Positions 6,763 through 11,428 of a stretch of 11,428 bases of DNA are shown here, in pieces. The stretch is from Nannocystales bacterium (GTDB lineage Bacteria; Myxococcota_A; Polyangia; Nannocystales; Nannocystaceae). A model generated the notes under the pieces. It made no database searches and had not been told where the DNA came from. It saw nothing but the letters and a program-made list of their open reading frames with translations. Each line of letters opens with the position of its first letter. Positions within the stretch are counted from its first letter, which is position 1. A program made the position numbers and the translations under genes. The stretch covers positions 1 to 11,428 of the forward strand of contig JBOEGF010000081.1 of assembly GCA_050633305.1 (NCBI GenBank), read 5' to 3'.

Positions 6763-8798
6763 CGCGCCTCAAACACCCCAAGGTAGTGAGGGTTCGACCC
6801 TCCGTTTGCGCTCGCCCGGTAGGCGACCAGGTCGCCTCCGAAGAACACCTGATCCCTAGCCCCTTGTCTGTAGAACACGAGCGTGTCCGTGTTCTCGACG
6901 TGGCCGTAAACGATCGGCGCAACTGGGGTTTCGACAACCTCGCCTGCCTCTTCAACGCGGCTGTACACCGACAGCCTCGCCGAGACGGGCAAGTTGAGGA
7001 ACGCCGGGTTGAGTGTCGCCAAATCCACGCCAGCGGGAATGAAGTCGCTGGTCTGAAGCCGGATCGTCCCCGTTGCACCGGCGCCGACCGTTTTCGCCGG
7101 ATAGGTGACCTCGGTATCGACGCCTGAAACCCGTACGGTCGCAGTGACATACACCTTGACGGTGGCATCCCGCGTGTTTTGGAACTCCAGCTCCAGCACG
7201 TCATTCGTGGTGGACCAACTGGACGTGTCGGAGGGGAGGTTCGCCCAAACGGCAGGAACACTCGCCGGCCGGGTGAAGCGCCCCGCGGCGAACAGTGGAT
7301 TGCAAGGGGCCGTCGTGTCTCCCCCCACGACGAAGTTCTCTACCGACCTAATCACCACCCCAGCCGCGAGCAGTTCGCTCTGCGTCATCGGGCTGACGAT
7401 GGTGTCGCTCCCAGGGCCACCGTCGATTAACTCTCCGGGCTCCGCGTGGCATGGACGCGAGACCTCGAACGTGTCGTTCCCGGCTCCTCCAAGAAGAAGG
7501 TCGCGACCAGGCCCACCGACAATCTCATCGTTCCCCGTCCCTCCGAGAACGACATCATCTCCTGCCCTTGCCCTGATCTCATCCGATCCCGTGCCGGCAA
7601 GCGCAACGTCGTCGTAGTCGGAGAGGGCGATATCGTTGTTGGTGTCGCCCGAGGCCAAATGGACGGCCCTTGGGGCGCAAAACATCTCCAACGGAGCGGT
7701 CACACAGCCATAGCGATGGCAGTCGAGGTGGTTGCCGACCGTAGTGATCCCCGACGACGTCCCGCGTAGGACATGCCGCCCAGTGCTCACCCCAGCCTCG
7801 CAGGCATCCCCTGGAACGAGCACGGCGATGTCGTCAAAACCGTCGTTGTTCTCGTCGACCACGCTCAACTCCTCTCCAAAGCGGTCGTACGTCTCTGCGC
7901 TCCCCACAACGCCCGAGGTGTCCTGGTGAAACGCCTGGTCCCCCGAGGTGCTCAGCCCCGAGGTGCTCCCGTCCATGATGTAGAGGAATCCCGCCTGGGC
8001 AATTGACCCCACGCTCTCCCCTGGCGAGGCAATCGCCAGGTCGTCACATGCTCGGCCCGATGAAGTGTCCCCGTTGAAGTTCCCCGCCGCGAGGGCGCCT
8101 CCGAAGTGGTCGTTCGGCTCCACCGCACCATTCACGCCGGCAATGCCTTCGTGCCACCAGTCGTCAACCGTCGAGACCCCCGCAGAGCTTCCATACAGCA
8201 CGTGAACAGCACCAGCGTTCGCGCCACCACTGAGGTCTTCTCGTGGCACTCCGACCACCAGGTCGTCGTACCCGTCGCAGTCGAAGTCTCCGACTTCGAG
8301 CGTGTCCCCCATGTAGTCGTACGCCTCGGCCACCCCATCGACGCCGATCGTGTCCTGCGTCCAGACTTGGTCCCCAACCGTGGAAAGCCCCGTGTTTCGG
8401 CCGTAGAACAAATGAACGGCGCCGCCGCGGACATCGCCGGTGTCAGAAGCCCCCGGGGTGGAGACAGCAAGGTCGTCGTAGCCATCGTTGTCGAAGTCTC
8501 CGACAGCGAGCGCGGTTCCGAAGTACTGGTAGCAGGCCCCCGTGCCCAACACTCCGGGCGTGTCCCGAGTCCAGCTCACCACCGAACCGTTCGAGCTGAT
8601 GTGGATGACTCCCTTGCCACAGTCGTCCTGCGGAGACGACACCACGAGGTCCTCATCCCCATCGCCGTCGAAGTCGCCCTTGGCGATCGCCCCCTCATAC
8701 TCACCGACCGCAGCGTTCGCCGGGCGCGGTACGAAGGACATGCTCAGCGACAGTCCTCCCCATAGGACCCAGCTACTCTTCTTCATCAACATCATCAT
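6759..8798 (-). CDS. Secreted FG-GAP (integrin-alpha-like) repeat protein with RTX-type Ca-binding nonapeptides and a C-terminal beta-rich domain
   Basis: Signal peptide KKSSWVLWGGLSLSMSFVPRPANA. Five GDFDxDGxDD-type repeats, then GGxGxD repeats. The true start may be 8792 or 8786 given the position of GGAAGGA. Overlaps the end of the upstream gene. Confidence 0.92.
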   Translation of the reverse strand: MMMLMKKSSWVLWGGLSLSMSFVPRPANAAVGEYEGAIAKGDFDGDGDEDLVVSSPQDDCGKGVIHISSNGSVVSWTRDTPGVLGTGACYQYFGTALAVGDFDNDGYDDLAVSTPGASDTGDVRGGAVHLFYGRNTGLSTVGDQVWTQDTIGVDGVAEAYDYMGDTLEVGDFDCDGYDDLVVGVPREDLSGGANAGAVHVLYGSSAGVSTVDDWWHEGIAGVNGAVEPNDHFGGALAAGNFNGDTSSGRACDDLAIASPGESVGSIAQAGFLYIMDGSTSGLSTSGDQAFHQDTSGVVGSAETYDRFGEELSVVDENNDGFDDIAVLVPGDACEAGVSTGRHVLRGTSSGITTVGNHLDCHRYGCVTAPLEMFCAPRAVHLASGDTNNDIALSDYDDVALAGTGSDEIRARAGDDVVLGGTGNDEIVGGPGRDLLLGGAGNDTFEVSRPCHAEPGELIDGGPGSDTIVSPMTQSELLAAGVVIRSVENFVVGGDTTAPCNPLFAAGRFTRPASVPAVWANLPSDTSSWSTTNDVLELEFQNTRDATVKVYVTATVRVSGVDTEVTYPAKTVGAGATGTIRLQTSDFIPAGVDLATLNPAFLNLPVSARLSVYSRVEEAGEVVETPVAPIVYGHVENTDTLVFYRQGARDQVFFGGDLVAYRASANGGSNPHYLGVFEAR
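7400..7660 (-). repeat. RTX/hemolysin-type calcium-binding nonapeptide repeats
   Basis: LAGTGSDEI, RARAGDDVV, LGGTGNDEI, VGGPGRDLL, LGGAGNDTF, IDGGPGSDTI. Boundaries approximate. Confidence 0.88.
7810..8690 (-). repeat. Five FG-GAP repeats
   Basis: GDFDGDGDEDLVVSSP; FGTALAVGDFDNDGYDDLAVSTP; MGDTLEVGDFDCDGYDDLVVGVP; FGGALAAGNFNGD...DDLAIASP; FGEELSVVDENNDGFDDIAVLVP. Boundaries approximate. Confidence 0.88.
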
Positions 8799-9291
8799 CC
8801 TTCCGCTCCTCGGTCACCATGGACAGTCGTTCTTCGAGCGCCTCATGCTCCCTGCGCCCGCTCGGTGTCGAATACATCTGGGCTCGCAACTCGGACAGAG
8901 CCCCCTCCGCCTGAGCTGCTATCCGAGGAGACCCTCTGCCAGCCTCGAGCTCCTCGACAGCGCGGGAGAGGTCGCTTTCAAGCTTTGCCCGCCGCTCCGC
9001 GCTGGACAGCTCGTCCCAGTCGCGATCGTCATTGTCTTCGGACTGGATCTCACCGTCCTGCTTGCGAAGGCTCCCTCCACGAGTTTCTCTGTCCGCCAAC
9101 TCCGCCCCGAGCGTCTTCCGAGACCGCGTCGGCACCGCTAGCTCCGCGCTGCCTTCGGCTGTGCCAGTCGGAAGCTGTACGGCGACTCCCTCCGTCGGAC
9201 GCAAAAGAAGCACGTATGCGAGAACTCCCAACCCAAGGGCGCACCCCAAGGCAATCCAAGACCGTATCCTCGTTTTCAAGATGAACCTCAT
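8773..9291 (-). CDS. Hypothetical single-pass membrane protein with a helical C-terminal domain
   Basis: ATG 9291 with GGAAGGA upstream is preferred over the ORF-track start 9585. Basic N-terminus, TM segment WIALGCALGLGVLAYVLLL, low-complexity linker, charged helices (DWDELSSAERRAKLESDL...). Its stop overlaps the start of the next gene. Confidence 0.8.
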   Translation of the reverse strand: MRFILKTRIRSWIALGCALGLGVLAYVLLLRPTEGVAVQLPTGTAEGSAELAVPTRSRKTLGAELADRETRGGSLRKQDGEIQSEDNDDRDWDELSSAERRAKLESDLSRAVEELEAGRGSPRIAAQAEGALSELRAQMYSTPSGRREHEALEERLSMVTEERKDDDVDEEE

Positions 9292-9724
9292 CGACCGGTC
9301 CTTCCGTGACCGCAGGCACCTAGAAGCGTAGGGACACTCGTGGCCAGGAGCAAGGATGACGACACCATCACGCTGATGTGTCCTCTCGACTGGACACTCG
9401 CGCCGCTCGATAGCCTCGACACCTACAGGTTTCTCCGCAGGGCCGGCCACGAGGCTCGCGAGCGCCCTGGCCTGCGAGCAATGCAAGGCCCCGAGTCGAA
9501 ATCGGTCGGAACCACCAGGACGACTGGTGAGCCGTCCGACGTCGAGCCCAGAGGACTCACCAGGACCGCTCATGATTCCTCCCACGGAGGAGGCATCGCC
9601 AGCACCTCAGCCTTCGCGGCTTGGACCGCGACCTATCCATGGAAGTTCGTTTGCATCCGTTCGACGATCCTCGTCGTGACACGGGCCACGGCAGCCCAAG
9701 GCAAAGGTGAAACCGCTAGTGCCG

Positions 9725-10110
9725 ATGCGACCGGAGGTGGAGGTTCAGCAGACGGTCGCGGGGGCGAGGAATGTGGCGAATTTCACAGAGGCGCTTCAGA
9801 TGATGGTGCAGGCGTTCGAGGGACTCGACGCTGAGGGAGCGCCCCTGGGAGCCCGGTACGCTCATGGCGTGGGCGCAGGGGCAGCGCCGGGAGGTCGAGT
9901 TGATGGCGTTCCACAGGTCCCCCGGCGCCAGCGAAGCGCGCAGGGCTCGACGACGAGTTCACCTGCGGCAGCGTCTCCTCGACTTTTAGGGATGCCGTCG
10001 CGGCAGGCGGTCAAGGTCGCGAGTGGGAAGACGGCAAGGAGGGCTTGACGCACGACGCGGATCCTACGCCTCGTGGGCACGGCCGGGCCACGGGGGGTGG
10101 TGGAGCCGAG
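9725..10110 (+). pseudogene. Probable frameshifted remnant of a small hypothetical gene
   Basis: Protein-like MRPEVEV...NFTEALQMMVQAFEGLDAEGAP continues as PWEPGTLMAWAQGQRREVELMAFH after a +1 shift at CCCC 9842-9845. In-frame TAG at 9987-9989, then YASWARPGHGGWWS in the same frame. Judged by composition only. Confidence 0.35.
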
Positions 10111-10127
10111 TCTGGCTCCATGGACTG

Positions 10128-10391
10128 TCATTCATCGTCGAGACTCTGCTCGACCTGGGGATCGGCGGTCGCGATGAGCCCGAGGGCGCCGACGAGCTGG
10201 ATGAGGTAGTCGTCGTAGAGTTCGATGCCTTGGGGGATCCGCCTGTCCTCGAGGTGATACCGTCGAAGGGACACGCGCCCGTTGTGGCGTCGGGTCACGC
10301 GGAGGCGGTGCTCAGCGCCGAGGTCGACTTCAGAGAACGTCTGGCCGGAGCCGTCTTCGTGCCGGGCTGGGAACGGGTCGTGCTTTTTCAC
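10128..10391 (-). CDS. Small protein, possibly PC4/YdbC-like ssDNA-binding fold
   Basis: GTG start at 10391 (87 aa). HRLRVTRRHNGRVSLRRYHLEDRRIPQGIELYDDYLIQLVGAL resembles the PC4 pattern (xRV...VDIRxY...P.KGIxL...LxxL). Confidence 0.55.
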   Translation of the reverse strand: MKKHDPFPARHEDGSGQTFSEVDLGAEHRLRVTRRHNGRVSLRRYHLEDRRIPQGIELYDDYLIQLVGALGLIATADPQVEQSLDDE

Positions 10392-10441
10392 GGGGCAGAG
10401 ACGAGATTCGCTTGGGATTCGGTTCCAAGTTGGCAAAAAGC

Positions 10442-10455
10442 TCCGACATGTCGGA
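10442..10455. promoter_or_regulatory. Perfect 14-bp palindrome TCCGACATGTCGGA, candidate operator
   Basis: Lies between the divergent starts at 10391 (-) and about 10499 (+). Confidence 0.4.
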
Positions 10456-10498
10456 TGACGCGGGCGTTCGATGCGTGTCTGGTCTCGGAGGGTTTGAA

Positions 10499-11116
10499 GT
10501 GATGGCCGTGCGGTGGGTGCCGGACCACGCTGAGTTTGTGAAGATCGCAACCACCGCTCGTCCCTTCGTCTTAGGCTGTACCCGTCCGAGGCCTGCGCAT
10601 CCCTACGAACCATCACGCTCCGATGGTGACCCGGTGAGTGTCTCCATCGGGTCCCGAGCAGCATGGGAGGGGACCGTCGAGCTTCACGCGCGCGCGCGTG
10701 AAGCGATCGCGAAGGGGGATGACGGGATCCGGAGGCTTGGCGACCTCGTGTCGACGAACCGTGACGCCGTCCTTCGCATGCCCGAGATCCACGAGTACCT
10801 TGAGCACTTGCGTAGAAAGGGGAGCGCGAGTGCGTGGAACCGGATCATGGGCACGCCGCGAAGCCGGGGGCGTCCACGGGTCGACAATGTTGGTCTCGTC
10901 CTGCGTGTCGACAAGTGCATGGACGACCCTGAGGTGGGTTCCGTGGCAGAGGCTGCGCGGAGGCTGGAGCCGGTGCTGTGCCTTAGCCCGCGGGCGATCC
11001 AGAACGCGTATTCCAGGTACGAGCCCCTGGTGCGAAAAATGCTGGCTGGTTACGCCAGTCCAGCGGGAACGATGACGGAGCGGCCCTATACAGCCTTGTT
11101 TAGTCGTGCGGGTTGA
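10499..11116 (+). CDS. Putative DNA-binding protein (RGRP motif plus C-terminal helix-turn-helix)
   Basis: ORF 10412-11116. GGAGG at 10487-10491 favours GTG 10499 or ATG 10502 (alternative ATG 10448). PRSRGRPR is AT-hook-like, followed by SVAEAARRLEPVLCLSPRAIQNAYSRY (HTH-like). Confidence 0.7.
   Translation: MMAVRWVPDHAEFVKIATTARPFVLGCTRPRPAHPYEPSRSDGDPVSVSIGSRAAWEGTVELHARAREAIAKGDDGIRRLGDLVSTNRDAVLRMPEIHEYLEHLRRKGSASAWNRIMGTPRSRGRPRVDNVGLVLRVDKCMDDPEVGSVAEAARRLEPVLCLSPRAIQNAYSRYEPLVRKMLAGYASPAGTMTERPYTALFSRAG
10681..10704. repeat. Perfect 24-bp palindrome GCTTCACGCGCGCGCGCGTGAAGC with (CG)6 core
   Basis: Identical to its own reverse complement, checked base by base. Lies inside the HTH gene. 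Confidence 0.9.
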
Positions 11117-11428
11117 ACCAACGCGCGAACGTGAGAACTACGATGACCGAGCAAGATCGAAACAGAAACCATCCTTCAAATGAGGGCGCACGTCCGTCAC
11201 GGCCGCCCGTGAGCAATGCACCGTCCAAGCAGCATGGACGGCCGTCAGGAGGCGGTCGCGGGAGCAACCCCCCGAGGCGGAGGAAGTAGAGGAGGCTGTG
11301 CGGGTGCTGATGCTAGAGGCTCCTGCCGGAGCGAGCTCTGAACGGCGAGGTTCTCAATGCCCTCCCCTCCCCCGGCATCGGGCCCGTGTGCTGCCGTATC
11401 GGCGGATTGCTGAAACACCGGGCGCCCA

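Noticed and set aside
39..9331. Many + strand and alternate-frame ORFs (e.g. 850-1599, 5287-6027, 6377-7261, 8106-8765, 8542-9141)
   Set aside because: Shadow ORFs of GC-rich DNA overlapping better-supported genes; mostly Arg/Ser/Pro-rich with no motifs.
9340..9834. 164-aa + strand ORF, and the 9292-9585 extension of the membrane protein
   Set aside because: No recognisable motif, low-complexity composition, and a better RBS and TM position at 9291.
11143..11289. 48-aa ORF MTEQDRNRNH..., and a separate frame open from about 11300 to the window end
   Set aside because: Short, low-complexity or truncated; cannot be supported without homologs or more sequence.
11300..11345. Hammerhead-like CTGATG...GAAC
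   Set aside because: The required CUGAUGA and GAAA core is not matched.
1..11428. GGCGCC at both window ends as att sites or a target-site duplication; terminal CCA as a tRNA end
   Set aside because: A 6-bp GC-only word is common here (also near 4089); no T-loop or cloverleaf is present.
1..11428. CRISPR array, rRNA/tRNA, transposase, integrase, reverse transcriptase
   Set aside because: No regularly spaced DNA repeats or diagnostic motifs seen; the long repeats present are at protein level only.

Overview
GC-rich bacterial DNA whose gene content (Cys-rich lipoproteins, receptor-L-like and FG-GAP proteins) suggests a myxobacterium such as Nannocystaceae; this taxonomy is an inference. Positions 48-9291 hold eight minus-strand genes, all predicted to encode exported proteins, in two units. 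Unit A (9291->4095, first four genes overlapping): single-pass membrane protein, FG-GAP/RTX Ca-binding secreted protein, HExxH gluzincin-type metallopeptidase, small Cys-rich lipoprotein, receptor-L-domain-like lipoprotein. Unit B (3681->48): a lipoprotein with a caspase/gingipain-like (clan CD, DUF6345-like) His-Gly...Ser-Cys dyad, followed by two paralogous lipoproteins with FTP/PepSY propeptide-like motifs, one carrying a 3x8-Cys tail. Positions ~9700-11428 look like the edge of a mobile element: a probable frameshifted gene remnant, a PC4/YdbC-like gene divergent from an RGRP+HTH gene, a 14-bp palindrome between them, a perfect 24-bp palindrome with a (CG)6 core, and a run of hairpins. The best candidate for an undescribed system is the clan-CD-like protease plus two stand-alone propeptide-like partners, next to a metalloprotease/adhesin module. 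All domain calls come from reading motifs by eye; no searches were run.
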